This document shows positions 35,527 to 46,113 of a DNA stretch of 48,530 bases, in pieces. The position numbers were made by a program, and so were the translations under genes. This DNA comes from Alphaproteobacteria bacterium (lineage in GTDB: Bacteria > Pseudomonadota > Alphaproteobacteria > RF32 > CAG-239). Every line of letters begins with the position of its first letter. The first letter of the stretch is position 1. The notes beneath the pieces were generated by a model. That model did not search any database. It saw only the letters and a list, made by a program, of their open reading frames with translations, and was not told the DNA's origin. Location: positions 1-48,530 of the forward strand of contig JBGUGE010000038.1 of assembly GCA_045111335.1 (NCBI GenBank), read 5' to 3'.

Positions 35527-35648
35527 GGCATTCCTTTCTGTTGAACAATGAATGCTTGCTTTTCGGTAGAAGTCCAGTAGTTTTTTGAAAAACAGGCACA
35601 AAAAAAGCCCTCGGAATTTTACTTCCGAAGGCCGGTTAAAGTAGTCCG

Positions 35649-36310
35649 TTTAAAACGCAAAAACGTGCGAAATTTGGTTTGCACACGTTTCTCCCGAATT
35701 ATACCAAAAAAAGTAGTAAAAAATGGCAAAAATGTAAACCCCCTTTTTTGTAGTGTACAAATTTCTTGTGGATAATTTTGTATGTTTTACACCTTTTAAG
35801 AGTATAAATCATTGATTTTAGAAGTTTTCACACTTCGCCACCGATTATACCGTTCAAGATAGCATAAAGCGGCAAAAATGTCGCGAACTATTTTGTCGCG
35901 ACAAATTTTATGTTAAAACTTCCGGGTATTTAAAACGCAAAAAACGTGCGGAACCTGATCCTCACACGTTTCTCCCGAACTATACCAAAAAAAGTAGCAA
36001 AAAACGGCAAAAATGTTAACTACTTTTTTGTTAAGAACATATTTCTTGTGGACAGTTATGTATGTTCTAGGCGTATTTAAAACATAACACATTGATTCTT
36101 ATTATTTTTCTCTGCCGATTATATCAGAAAAGCTAACATAAAATAATCAAAATGTCTTGTACTTTTATGTCCTGACAATTTTTTTGTTACATTTACGAAA
36201 AAAACGTGTGGAATTAGTTTCGCACACGCTTCTCCCGAATTATATCAAGAAAAGTAACATAAAACGCTTGCATTGTCACGGTCTAATATGTCAATGACAA
36301 ATTAGACAGG
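35649..36310 (-). repeat. Three-unit array (periods 281 and 260 bp) of promoter-hairpin modules
   Basis: AAACGTGYG-N12-CACACGYTTCTCCCGAAYTATAYC at 35661, 35942 and 36202; units 1-2 also share IHF-like AATCAA-N4-TTA, and all share TGTC..GACA motifs. Confidence 0.85.
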
Positions 36311-36676
36311 GATAACTTTTTGTCATTTGCTCTTTTAAGGGTGCAAAATAAACACGAATTATGTTATTGCATTATTGCTGTTTTTATATCTTTCTGGGTA
36401 GTATTTTTCTGTGTCTCGCAATTATCAATTTAAAGGTATCCGGTTTCGCCTTTGGGATATGTTTCCCCAGTATATGGCACGTTTTGGAACAAAAATCGAG
36501 ATATAGCGAAATTATATCGCAAATTCAAAGAATTAAGAAGAGAGTGATTTTCCACTACCGTTTCAGGCGTTTTAGTACAAACAAGGAATTTTTCATAAAA
36601 AAGCGTATAGATACGCGACCAGACCATTTTATAAATTTTTGCAAACATGCCGCAAAATCTGGGCTTTAATGGCATA

Positions 36677-36709
36677 AAAAAATACCCACCGCTTAAGGTA
36701 GGTATTTTT
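36677..36709 (-). terminator. tRNA-Pro terminator
   Basis: AAAAATACCCACC-N7-GGTAGGTATTTTT. Confidence 0.7.
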
Positions 36710-36712
36710 CAT

Positions 36713-36789
36713 TGGTCGGGGCGACGAGATTCGAACACGCGACATCTTGGTCCCAAACCAAGCGCTCTACCAGGCTGAGCTACACCCCG
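36713..36789 (-). tRNA. tRNA-Pro (TGG)
   Basis: CGGGGTGTAGCTCAGCCTGGTAGAGCGCTTGGTTTGGGACCAAGATGTCGCGTGTTCGAATCTCGTCGCCCCGACCA; cloverleaf with CCA end. Confidence 0.97.
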
Positions 36790-36833
36790 TCGACCAAAGC
36801 TATATTTACACCATATTTTTTATTTTGCAAGCA

Positions 36834-37607
36834 TTATTTTTTAGCTTTTTTCTTTTTCTTATCGCTCTTGTCATCAATAATTCTGCCATCCTCACCGCGG
36901 CGTTTGGGCGGTGTAATTAATCCGGCACTGCGAAAGCTGTATATTCCGTCTTTGGCCACAATCAAATGATCAAACAACTCCAGATTCATAACGTCTGTCA
37001 ATGCCTCAATTTCTTTAGTAACGGCTATATCATATGTTGACGGTTTGTATGCGCCCGACGGATGGTTGTGAATAAGAATTATGTATACCGCGTTATTTTC
37101 CAATGCGGCGCGAATAACTTCTCGCGGATGTACGGTGGCCTGATTGACGGTACCGCTCGAGATTTGTTTGCCGCCGATATAATGATGCCCTTCATCCAAA
37201 AAGCAAACATGGAATTCTTCAATTTCGGCATAGGCTAATCTTTGCCAATAATATTCTTCAAGCTGTTGCCAATCCGAAATTACCGGATTTTCCGAAACCG
37301 TAAATCCCTGATATGCCGAGCGTAGCATACAGGTATGCAATAATCGTAATAACACGATGGAGTTCGGACTGAGATCAGCTTCATCCAAAAGCTTATGCGC
37401 CGGCGCATTTATAACGCCTTTTATATTGTCATATTTAGCAATCAGTTTCTTGGCAATCGGTTTAACATCGCGGCGTGGAATCGCCATAGTCAGCAACAAT
37501 TCCAACAGCTCGTAATCCGGCATACTTGCGCCTTCATCGGCCATAAAACGTGAGCGTAAACGTTCGCGATGTCCGTAATATGAAGGTTTTTCTTCTGAGT
37601 TGGTCAT
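36834..37607 (-). CDS. radC: RadC/UPF0758 JAB-domain protein
   Basis: GHRERLRSRF, DYELLELLL, HPREV, HNHPSG, DHLIV. Confidence 0.95.
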   Translation of the reverse strand: MTNSEEKPSYYGHRERLRSRFMADEGASMPDYELLELLLTMAIPRRDVKPIAKKLIAKYDNIKGVINAPAHKLLDEADLSPNSIVLLRLLHTCMLRSAYQGFTVSENPVISDWQQLEEYYWQRLAYAEIEEFHVCFLDEGHHYIGGKQISSGTVNQATVHPREVIRAALENNAVYIILIHNHPSGAYKPSTYDIAVTKEIEALTDVMNLELFDHLIVAKDGIYSFRSAGLITPPKRRGEDGRIIDDKSDKKKKKAKK

Positions 37608-37625
37608 ATAGTTTCTCTCTGCAAA

Positions 37626-38426
37626 TTATTTATAAGGAGGCTTGTCAAGACCTCTTGGGGAATAAGTAAACACCTCAGCCCCGTCTTTGGTAACACCCAT
37701 CGAGTGCTCAAATTGCGCTGACCAACTATGGTCGCAAGTTACGGCCGTCCAACCGTTTGAAAGAATTACTCCGTCCTTTTTGCCGAGGTTAATCATCGGT
37801 TCAATGGTAAAAAACATACCTTCTTCCATTATCGGACCGGTTCCCTTAACCCCGCAATGCATTACGTTCGGCTCATCATGAAATACTTTGCCTAAACCGT
37901 GACCGCAAAACATATCAACCACCGAATAACCGTATTTATGGGCGTATTCTTCAATAACTGCTCCGATGTCACCGAAGTGCGCTCCCGGTTTTACTACGTC
38001 AATACCGCGCATAAGGCATTCGTAAGTTACTTCGCACAGGCGTTTTCCCTTAATTTTGGGTTTGCCGGCAAAATACATACGACTGGTGTCACCGTAATAG
38101 CCGTCAACAATAGCCGTAACATCAATATTTAAAATATCGCCGTCGGCCAATTTGCGCTCATAATCGGGAATGCCATGGCATATTACCTGATTGATGGAAA
38201 TACAGGTTGCTTTCGGATATCCGTGATAGCCCAAACAAGCAGAAGTTGCGCCCTTGCTTTCCATAAATTTTAAGCACAGGTCATCCAATTCACCGGTGGT
38301 GATACCGACATCAACATAATCGGCGATATAGTCCAAACACTCGGCCGCAACTTTTCCGGCTTTGCGCATTCCGGCAAAATCTTCGGGACTGTCATATATT
38401 TTTATGCCGTGTTTATTAGTATACAT
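37626..38426 (-). CDS. map: Methionine aminopeptidase type I
   Basis: CHGIP, NIDVT, GDTSRM, GHGLG..FHDEP, FTIEPMIN, AQFEH. Confidence 0.97.
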   Translation of the reverse strand: MYTNKHGIKIYDSPEDFAGMRKAGKVAAECLDYIADYVDVGITTGELDDLCLKFMESKGATSACLGYHGYPKATCISINQVICHGIPDYERKLADGDILNIDVTAIVDGYYGDTSRMYFAGKPKIKGKRLCEVTYECLMRGIDVVKPGAHFGDIGAVIEEYAHKYGYSVVDMFCGHGLGKVFHDEPNVMHCGVKGTGPIMEEGMFFTIEPMINLGKKDGVILSNGWTAVTCDHSWSAQFEHSMGVTKDGAEVFTYSPRGLDKPPYK

Positions 38427-38567
38427 TTATAAACTCCTATATTTCAGGGAATAAATCATTTATGGCAAAAAAACAAGCCCTAAAAAATGTAATCATCTGT
38501 TTTTTAAAAAGAAAAGGCTATACCGTGGGGCATAACCTTTTTCGTAAGTGCGTGTTATGAAGTTTTT

Positions 38568-39044
38568 TCAGGGATTAAGCACCACCACCGCCCAATTGAG
38601 ATAAGTGGCGAATAACAGCCAGATAAAGTAGGGGATTAGAGCAATTCCGGCGGCGCGGCTGATTTGATAAAAAAGCCAAATCATTACGGCGGTTACAAAA
38701 TCCAAAATAACTAAGACAATGAATCCGCTGAAAAAGGCGGCGTTATAAAAAAATACAAAAGTCCACAAAACCTGTAAAAATAAATTGAGCGTAAACAGCG
38801 TTGCTGCCGGCCGAATACGGTCTTTACGGGCAGAATTTAAGACAGCATCAAACGCAAATACCAACAACGCATACAATATTGCCCATACAATCGGAAACAC
38901 CATGTTCGGCGGGGTAAAGCCCGAAAGATTTATGTTTTCGTAAAATGTTACCATACCCACGCGGTTGAAATATGAGCAAAAGCCGGCGGTCAGCATTATT
39001 AAGAACAGACTGTACAGAAAATTATAAAACGGTTTTTGAAACAT
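38568..39044 (-). CDS. tspO: TspO/MBR family membrane protein
   Basis: TPPNMVFPIVWAILY, LWTFVFF, LIPYFIWLLFATYLN. Confidence 0.93.
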   Translation of the reverse strand: MFQKPFYNFLYSLFLIMLTAGFCSYFNRVGMVTFYENINLSGFTPPNMVFPIVWAILYALLVFAFDAVLNSARKDRIRPAATLFTLNLFLQVLWTFVFFYNAAFFSGFIVLVILDFVTAVMIWLFYQISRAAGIALIPYFIWLLFATYLNWAVVVLNP

Positions 39045-39186
39045 ATTTTTTCTCCTTGGTTTTAATTTAATCGGCTTTTATGCAATTTCAATATTTACAT
39101 TTTTTTCTTTTGGGTTTATGATGCTTTCAGTAGCAATGCTGTCGGGCTTGAAAGTTTGGCCGGGCGCGGTTTTTACGGAGGTTAAA

Positions 39187-39339
39187 ATGGATAACACAAC
39201 ATTGATTGCGATGGTTATCGGATTTATCATCGTGATTTCACTGTTTAAGTTTGTGCTTAAATTGCCGTTTTATTTGATTACTTTTGCTGTTTTGGCTTCA
39301 TTAGCCTATGCGGCCTATCAATATTTTTACGGTATGTAA
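39187..39339 (+). CDS. Small two-TM membrane protein
   Basis: RBS GGAGG before ATG 39187; followed by a bidirectional terminator. Confidence 0.65.
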   Translation: MDNTTLIAMVIGFIIVISLFKFVLKLPFYLITFAVLASLAYAAYQYFYGM

Positions 39340-39370
39340 AAAAACCGGAGATTTTCTCCGGTTTTTGATT

Positions 39371-39778
39371 TTATTTCTTTTTCGGCAGCGGTTTCGGCCG
39401 ATTTGGGTTCTCCGGTTTTTGCCATAACAGGGATTCGTATTTTTGAGCCTGTTCGGCGGTTAAAATCTTTTTGATTTTCGCCTCGTATTTTTTGTTTATC
39501 AAAAGCTCTTGCTCACGCAATTTATTCATTTGGGCGTGCAACGGTTCGGTTTCGGCCTTTTTTTGCGCGGAAATCACTTTCCATTGTTCTCTTTGTTTGG
39601 CGTCCAAATTAAGCTCTTTCATCATGGCCATACTTGTACCGCGGTGGTGGCTCGGGCCTTTAATGATTTTGTGCATTTCGTGAGGCGGAGGTGTCGAATC
39701 GGCAGGCGCCGCAACCGTCGGCAGAGCATAAGCAATCATAAAACTCAAAATAAGTGCGGAAATTTGCAGTATTCTCAT
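39371..39778 (-). CDS. Spy/CpxP-like periplasmic protein
   Basis: Signal peptide; ELNLDAKQ and ILTAEQ (LTxxQ) motifs. Confidence 0.75.
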   Translation of the reverse strand: MRILQISALILSFMIAYALPTVAAPADSTPPPHEMHKIIKGPSHHRGTSMAMMKELNLDAKQREQWKVISAQKKAETEPLHAQMNKLREQELLINKKYEAKIKKILTAEQAQKYESLLWQKPENPNRPKPLPKKK

Positions 39779-39793
39779 ATTTTAACTCCTTTA

Positions 39794-40114
39794 TTAAATT
39801 CTGGTAGTAAAATAATATTCTACGCTTTTTTCCAAATATTCAATCATTTTGTTGTAGTTTTCCGGCAAATTCGAGATTTTATAGCTGTCTTTTTTATCAA
39901 AATGATACATAAAACATTTTAGAATCTGCCCGTAAATATGCGTTATTTGCTGCGCCGTTCGGCTGATACCGACACCATCTTCGGCAGAGGCGCGAATATT
40001 TTCGCAAAGTTGTTTGAACAGTTCTTTGTTGAATGTTGATTTTTCATGCAAATAATACGTAAAACTTTCGTTTTCTTCTTTAAAATTATCTTCCAAGATT
40101 TGTTTTGTATCCAT
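39794..40114 (-). CDS. Hypothetical protein (possibly Imm41-like)
   Basis: SFTYYLHE..FNKELF pattern recalled from that family; weak. Confidence 0.6.
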   Translation of the reverse strand: MDTKQILEDNFKEENESFTYYLHEKSTFNKELFKQLCENIRASAEDGVGISRTAQQITHIYGQILKCFMYHFDKKDSYKISNLPENYNKMIEYLEKSVEYYFTTRI

Positions 40115-40233
40115 TTTTTTTGCCTTCTTATCTTATTATATCGCAATTTACTCGCTTTGCCTAAAAAAAACGTTAATAAAAAGATTGTTTTTTCTAAAGA
40201 TAATCGTTATGATGCATGCAAAGAGAGGAAAAA

Positions 40234-40617
40234 ATGATTGTACGAATAGTTATCGGGGTGTTGTTGGCATATTTGCTGATTGCCTATTATCCGCTGGTTT
40301 TGCAGGCTTTGCCGTATTTATTGCCGATTGTGCTCGGAGTTGCCGCCTTTTGGTGTTTGCGTGCCGTGCCGGCTTTGGCCGAACCGCTCGGATACGGTAT
40401 TTTGATTGTGCTGTTGTGCTATATGCTGTATCTGTTTTTGCGACGTAAAGATAAGCTTAAAGAGTTAGTAAAAAATGCGCGGCAAAAAAAGCTGAATTTG
40501 CCGACGGCTGATATTCCGCAGCATCCGCAACTCAGTATTTTGCTGACGTTGGTGCTGTATACGTTGGGTGTGACGTTTGTACTGTATTTGATAATTTTGC
40601 TGATTTATGTGAAATAA
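40234..40617 (+). CDS. Membrane protein
   Basis: Four hydrophobic segments; RBS GAGGA. Confidence 0.7.
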   Translation: MIVRIVIGVLLAYLLIAYYPLVLQALPYLLPIVLGVAAFWCLRAVPALAEPLGYGILIVLLCYMLYLFLRRKDKLKELVKNARQKKLNLPTADIPQHPQLSILLTLVLYTLGVTFVLYLIILLIYVK

Positions 40618-40683
40618 ATTGCAGAGTGTTTAATAAAAAAACGGTCGGAAAATCATTCCGACCGCATTTTTTCAGAATATTTT

Positions 40684-41574
40684 TTAGACTTTGCGTCCTC
40701 TTTTGGCGTTTTTGATATCGGCCAAAGTTTTAGGAGTTAACGCATCGCCGGTTTTACGCTTCGGAACTTTCGGCTTCGGCGTACGATTTTGTTTGGTCTT
40801 AGCCTTAGCATTTTTGCTGGATGGTTCGGAATTTTTAAAATCAACATTTATATATGGAAAATCAACACGCACACCATCATTATCTTCGTAAACATCTTTT
40901 TCGTGGTTAAATTTGTATACGGTTGATGAAGCTTTATCTCGGCGTGATTCCACATTCCATTCGCCTGAGGTTGTGTTTTCGGCGGCAGAATATTGGAGCT
41001 CGTCGACCGAATGTTCTTTGAAATGTTTATTAGCGTAAGCCTGATGTTCTTTTCTGATTTTTTCAAGCTGATTACGAAATTCCACTTTGAATTTATAGCC
41101 TTCTTCCGGCGTCAATCCTATTCGCTCAATAAAGGCATTGATTTGTGCTTTTTCTTTAGAGGTTATCCCGCCGAGCATACCTTCAAACGGATCTTTGCTC
41201 ATATCAAATTTTTCAGCACCTTTGGTGTCACCGATATGCCAACCGTTTATTTCCACTTCGGCGCCGTTGTCAAGAGATGCTCCGTTTATTTCGGAGGAAT
41301 GCGGACGAGCTTTGTCTTTTTTGGTTGGTTTTTCCGGTTCTTTATTTTCAATAACAGAGGAGAAGGCATCTTTTTTATGATAAACCCCAAATCCGTCAGA
41401 AGTGGTTGTTTCATTTGCCCGCGAGGCAAAATGGAATTTTTTTGTAAAATTCTCGACTTTATTATCATTATTAGGGGATTCTTTATTAAGCTTTTCAATT
41501 AACGCTGCGCCGGCACCGGTCAGAGATACGCTTAGTACAATCCCAGCACAAACTTTAGTCCAATTATCAGCCAT
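40684..41574 (-). CDS. Hypothetical protein with an N-terminal hydrophobic segment and basic tail
   Basis: RBS AAGGAG before ATG 41574. Confidence 0.75.
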   Translation of the reverse strand: MADNWTKVCAGIVLSVSLTGAGAALIEKLNKESPNNDNKVENFTKKFHFASRANETTTSDGFGVYHKKDAFSSVIENKEPEKPTKKDKARPHSSEINGASLDNGAEVEINGWHIGDTKGAEKFDMSKDPFEGMLGGITSKEKAQINAFIERIGLTPEEGYKFKVEFRNQLEKIRKEHQAYANKHFKEHSVDELQYSAAENTTSGEWNVESRRDKASSTVYKFNHEKDVYEDNDGVRVDFPYINVDFKNSEPSSKNAKAKTKQNRTPKPKVPKRKTGDALTPKTLADIKNAKRGRKV

Positions 41575-41699
41575 CTCAATTCTCCTTAAAAATTTCTTTA
41601 TTAATCGTATTATAATTAAGAAATAAATTTTTGTCAATATTTATTTAGTGAGATAAAAAACAAAAAAGATTGTGCTGTTTGCCGCACAATCTTTTTCGT

Positions 41700-42185
41700 T
41701 TAGTTGAGCTGAATAAATGTCCGTTTGGTGTCTACACGATACAGGCGGTTACCTTTGCGATAATAGGTACCGAGGCTTTCAAAGGCCCAGTCATTATCTG
41801 AAAAGTAGACCATAAGCTCGTAATAGGTTTGGTTGCGCCGCGCGTCGATGCGTTCGAAGGCAACAAACGAGCGATGATCAAGCGGAAAATCCAGTCGAGC
41901 GTAGTCAATCAGCCTACCGTTGAAGTCGTAAAGCATAATCTCATCGCCCTTGTAAAACGCGGCCAGTTGAATGTTCTCTTCCAGTACCATCTCGTAGTCA
42001 ATCGGGAGAATCTCAACGCCGTCTTTGTAGAGTCCGTATACCATGTGGCGTTCGTCATCGGCCTGATTTTCTTTGCAGGCGATATCGACTTGGCCGCACT
42101 TAGTGTGTTGGACTTTCTTTTGGGCATAAGCTCCGGTTGCGGCAAGCATAAAGCAAACCGACAACATAAAAATAATTTTTTTCAT
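41700..42185 (-). CDS. Secreted hypothetical protein
   Basis: Sec signal MKKIIF...AYA; terminator 41664-41697. Confidence 0.75.
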   Translation of the reverse strand: MKKIIFMLSVCFMLAATGAYAQKKVQHTKCGQVDIACKENQADDERHMVYGLYKDGVEILPIDYEMVLEENIQLAAFYKGDEIMLYDFNGRLIDYARLDFPLDHRSFVAFERIDARRNQTYYELMVYFSDNDWAFESLGTYYRKGNRLYRVDTKRTFIQLN

Positions 42186-42351
42186 AACTTGTAGATAATA
42201 TAGTTTGTTATTTTCTTTTAACCTTTTTCGAGATATTTGTCAATAATTAATTTTAACAAGATATTTTGCAAAAAAATTATGGACAAGCGCCAAAGTTTGT
42301 TATAATCTGCGCGGTAGTGAAAATTTTAAGCTTAATTTTTAAGGATATAAA

Positions 42352-44982
42352 ATGACAATCGGTGTAAATGAAATTCGTAAAACTTTCTTGGATTATTTCA
42401 GGAAAAATGACCATAAAATCGTTCCGTCATCTTCGTTGGTGCCGGATAACGACCCGACGTTGATGTTTACCAATTCCGGCATGGTACAGTTTAAAAATAT
42501 TTTGGCCGGTAATGAAACGCGTGATTATACGCGAGCGGCAACCGCACAAAAAAGCGTGCGCGCCGGCGGTAAACATAATGATTTAGACAGTGTCGGCTAT
42601 GATGTGCGTCACCATACGTTTTTTGAAATGCTCGGTAACTTTTCGTTTGGAGACTATTTTAAGGACTACGCCATTCCGTATGCGTGGGAGCTGCTGACCA
42701 AGGAATTTTGCCTGCCTAAAGAAAAACTGGCGGTTACGATTTATCATAACGATGACGAAGCACATGATATATGGAAAAAAGTTTCCGGTTTGCCGGAAGA
42801 CCGGATTATCCGCATTGCCACCAAAGATAACTTTTGGCAGATGGGCGACACCGGCCCGTGCGGTCCGTGCTCCGAGATTTTTTATGACCACGGTCCGGAA
42901 GTTTGGGGCGGTCTGCCGGGCACTCCGGAAGAAGACGGCGATCGTTTTATCGAAATTTGGAATTTGGTTTTTGACCAGTTTGAAGATTTACCGGACGGCT
43001 CACGGATTAATTTGAAACGCCCGTCGATTGATACGGGCATGGGTTTGGAACGTATTGCCGCAATTTTGCAGGGTGTACATTCCAATTTTGAAACCGATAT
43101 GTTCAAAAATATCATTAAGGCAATTGCCGATATTGCCAACACCGATCCGAACGGTCCGCTTAAGGCTTCACACAACGTGATTGCCGACCACTTGCGCGCC
43201 ATCAGCTTTTTGATTGCCGACGGGGTATTGCCGTCTAATGAAGGTCGCGGCTATGTGTTGCGCCGGATTATGCGCCGAGCTATGCGTCACTCCTATTTGT
43301 TGGGAGTTAAAGAGCCGATGATTTATAAGCTGTTGCCGGTGTTGCAAAAGGAAATGGGTGATGCCTATCCGGAACTTTATGCTCGTGAAACGCTGATAAA
43401 AGAGACCATCGAAATTGAGGAAGAGCGCTTCGGGCGTACTCTCGATAAGGGTTTGAAATTGCTTGATGATGAGTTGGAAAAATTGCCGTCGGGCAGCAAA
43501 TTCAGCGGTGAAACGGCATTTAAGCTTTATGATACTTTCGGATTTCCGCTGGATTTAACTCAAGATGCGCTTAAAAATAAAAACATTGAGGTTGATGTTG
43601 AGGGCTTTAATGCCTGTATGGAAAAACAGAAGGCCGAGGCTCGTAAAAACTGGGCCGGTTCGGGCGACGAAGGTACGGCCAAAGTTTGGTATGGGGTTAA
43701 GGATAAGTGCGGCGCTACCGAATTTTTGGGCTATAATACTCTGAAAACCGACGGTGAGATTAAGGCTCTGATTCAAAACGATACCGAGGTGACGGAAGTT
43801 ACCGGCGGTAAATTTGAGTTAGTGGCAAATCAAACGCCGTTCTATGCCGAACGCGGCGGTCAGGTCGGGGATATCGGTACGATTACCTCTAAAAACTTTA
43901 CGGCTAAAGTTGTGGACTGCAAGCCGAAATTGGGCGATGTTTATGCTCATGTATGCGAGCTTTTGAGCGGTACGGTTAAGGTTGGTGAGTTTGCCAATTT
44001 TGAGGTGGATAAAGAAAATCGCGGGCAAATTTGTGCCAATCACTCGGTGACACACTTGGCGCATAAGGCGCTGAAAATGGTGTTGGGTGACCATGTGGCG
44101 CAAAAAGGTTCGGCGGTTGAGGCCGGTCGGATGCGCTTTGATATTTCGCACCCGAAACAGGTTACGGCCGAGCAAATTCGCCAAGTGGAAGATATCGTTA
44201 ATGAGCAAATTCGCAATGATTTGAAGGTCAATACCGTGATTATGAACAAAGATGAGGCAGTGGCACTCGGGGCGATGGCGCTGTTTGATGAAAAATACGG
44301 AGACGATGTGCGAGTGGTAACCATGGGTGATGAAAAAGCTCCGTTCTCGCGTGAACTTTGCGGCGGTACACATGTTTGCTCTACCGGCAATATCGGCTAT
44401 TTCCATATTTTATCGGAATCGGCGGTGGCGGCCGGTGTGCGCCGTTTAGAGTGTGTAACCGGTTGCGGTGCTGATGCTTATGTGCGGTATTTGGAAGATA
44501 AACTGCATACGGTGACGGCAAGCCTTAAAACCAATATGAACGATTTGGAAGCGCGTATTTCCGGTATGTTGGACGAGCGCAAAAAGTTAGAGGCCGAAAT
44601 CTTTAATTTGAAAAAGAGTTTGGCCAGCGGGCAATCGGCGGCAAACGATGAGGTTGAAACGGTTAACGGCGTAAAGTTTGTCGGTAAGTTGGTGCCTGAT
44701 GCGCATCCGAAAGAACTGAAAGCGTTTGTTGATGATATTACGCAAAAAATCGGCTCCGGTGTGGTGGTGTTATGCTCGGATAAAGACGGCAAAGCTTCGG
44801 TTGTGGTCGGAGTCAGTAAAGACTTAACCGGTAAGTATAACGCGGTGGATATGGTACGTGCGGCGGCCGGAGTTTTAGGCGGTCAGGGCGGTGGCGGTCG
44901 TCCGGATATGGCGCAGGCCGGCGGTGCCGATGTGGCAAAAATCAGCGACGCCATCGCGGCAATCAAAAAAATGGTTGCATAA
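42352..44982 (+). CDS. alaS: Alanine-tRNA ligase
   Basis: [38 protein letters not shown], editing [25 protein letters not shown]. Confidence 0.99.
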   Translation: MTIGVNEIRKTFLDYFRKNDHKIVPSSSLVPDNDPTLMFTNSGMVQFKNILAGNETRDYTRAATAQKSVRAGGKHNDLDSVGYDVRHHTFFEMLGNFSFGDYFKDYAIPYAWELLTKEFCLPKEKLAVTIYHNDDEAHDIWKKVSGLPEDRIIRIATKDNFWQMGDTGPCGPCSEIFYDHGPEVWGGLPGTPEEDGDRFIEIWNLVFDQFEDLPDGSRINLKRPSIDTGMGLERIAAILQGVHSNFETDMFKNIIKAIADIANTDPNGPLKASHNVIADHLRAISFLIADGVLPSNEGRGYVLRRIMRRAMRHSYLLGVKEPMIYKLLPVLQKEMGDAYPELYARETLIKETIEIEEERFGRTLDKGLKLLDDELEKLPSGSKFSGETAFKLYDTFGFPLDLTQDALKNKNIEVDVEGFNACMEKQKAEARKNWAGSGDEGTAKVWYGVKDKCGATEFLGYNTLKTDGEIKALIQNDTEVTEVTGGKFELVANQTPFYAERGGQVGDIGTITSKNFTAKVVDCKPKLGDVYAHVCELLSGTVKVGEFANFEVDKENRGQICANHSVTHLAHKALKMVLGDHVAQKGSAVEAGRMRFDISHPKQVTAEQIRQVEDIVNEQIRNDLKVNTVIMNKDEAVALGAMALFDEKYGDDVRVVTMGDEKAPFSRELCGGTHVCSTGNIGYFHILSESAVAAGVRRLECVTGCGADAYVRYLEDKLHTVTASLKTNMNDLEARISGMLDERKKLEAEIFNLKKSLASGQSAANDEVETVNGVKFVGKLVPDAHPKELKAFVDDITQKIGSGVVVLCSDKDGKASVVVGVSKDLTGKYNAVDMVRAAAGVLGGQGGGGRPDMAQAGGADVAKISDAIAAIKKMVA

Positions 44983-44999
44983 TTCGGTTAGCAAAAAAT

Positions 45000-45034
45000 A
45001 AAAATGACTCGGTTGCAGAATCGGGTCATTTTTT
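45000..45034 (+). terminator. alaS terminator
   Basis: AAAAATGACTCGG-N7-TCGGGTCATTTTT. Confidence 0.75.
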
Positions 45035-45129
45035 CATTTCAGCAAAAAAAATGTTGATTTTGACAAAATAATGTGATATATACAAAACAATTTGCTATTA
45101 CTTATTTACAAATTCAAAATTTATCGCTT

Positions 45130-45606
45130 ATGAGAAAAAACAAAATCATCAATTCTGCGAACCTCAATGCAATTGTTGCCAATGACAAAGCCGAAAAAGT
45201 TGTGAAAGCCATTCGTCGCGAGTATCCGTCATTTTTAGCCGGAAATCCCCTCGATGCTGAAATTAAGCTGCGTAAGATTACACTTCGGAGCGAGGCTTTC
45301 GGCAAGTCTGCCGGCCAGCCGATGTATGCGTTTGCCAAGCGCCTCAGCAACAAGTTAACCGTTCTGGTAGAACTTGAGAGCGGCAAGGCCGAGATGTTCT
45401 CAACATCAGTTATCGACTCTACGGAAAATGTGGCCGGTAAGTTTACCATTGACGGCGTGATCTACGACATTAAGGACACGGTCAACGGTTGTCCGCGTTA
45501 CGCACCCTGCGGGTCTGAGCGCAAGCCGCGAGCCAAGGCACAGTTGAGGCGACGCCTCAGGGATCTTGCGAGTGATTTTATGTCGAGCTTCAGACATCAG
45601 ATTTAG
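45130..45606 (+). CDS. Hypothetical protein
   Basis: Long ORF after promoter TTGATT/TTGACA...TATATA; start uncertain. Confidence 0.6.
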   Translation: MRKNKIINSANLNAIVANDKAEKVVKAIRREYPSFLAGNPLDAEIKLRKITLRSEAFGKSAGQPMYAFAKRLSNKLTVLVELESGKAEMFSTSVIDSTENVAGKFTIDGVIYDIKDTVNGCPRYAPCGSERKPRAKAQLRRRLRDLASDFMSSFRHQI

Positions 45607-45617
45607 CATTTTAGCCT

Positions 45618-45872
45618 GTGATTGAGCTGTTGTTTGTATGCGTATTAAGTCGGTTTGTGCCGGCAATACCGCAACCGCCAAAGCCGGTTTTTCCGATTGA
45701 ACGTTTGGTCGGAATGCCCGCTAAAGAGGCTAAAATCGAACGAGAAAAGAAAAGAGGTATGGGACGCTACGTTATGCCGTCAGGTTTTTGCGAGCCGACA
45801 GAGTCTCAGACACCGTCGAAAAATGTTTCCGCAAAGGGCGGATTCAATCGACGCGGAAAGCGAAACAAGTAA
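45618..45872 (+). CDS. Small basic hypothetical protein
   Basis: Ends before terminator AAAAACGCACTC-ttgatt-GAGTGCGTTTTT; start uncertain. Confidence 0.4.
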   Translation: MIELLFVCVLSRFVPAIPQPPKPVFPIERLVGMPAKEAKIEREKKRGMGRYVMPSGFCEPTESQTPSKNVSAKGGFNRRGKRNK

Positions 45873-46113
45873 GCAAAAACGCACTCTTGATTGAGTGCGT
45901 TTTTGTTATTTTAAATTAATTATCTGCAGGTGAGTTGTTTCTGTTTGAGGAGTTGTGATACTCTGTCAGTAATCTCTTGCTGACAGAAACGGCATTAAAG
46001 AATTTATCAAAAAAATGAAGGCAAATATTCAAATAAATGGAAAATTTTATGGATTTTAAATATTTTTGAGTTAAACTGACGGCAATAAGTATATTTATTA
46101 TAACGAGGTTAAG

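Larger units (their letters stand above)
12143..36485. mobile_element. Element 2: about 24-kb phage-derived, satellite-like defence island at tRNA-Pro
   Basis: Flanked by the 16-bp direct repeat GTATATGGCACGTTTT (12143, 36470) and, further out, by the 20-bp tRNA-Pro repeat; encodes a serine recombinase, DUF2924, a replication initiator and a cos-like site; no structural genes recognised. Confidence 0.75.

Noticed and set aside
35649-36310. Possible CRISPR array or integron attC array
   Set aside because: Period of 260-281 bp with homologous inter-repeat DNA, no cassette ORFs, no cas or tyrosine integrase gene
12143-36485. Complete prophage or ICE
   Set aside because: No capsid, tail, terminase, lysis, relaxase or T4SS genes recognised
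36361-36969. Track ORFs 36361-36669, 36430-36675 and 36712-36969
   Set aside because: They overlap the non-coding end repeat or the tRNA and have no recognisable motifs
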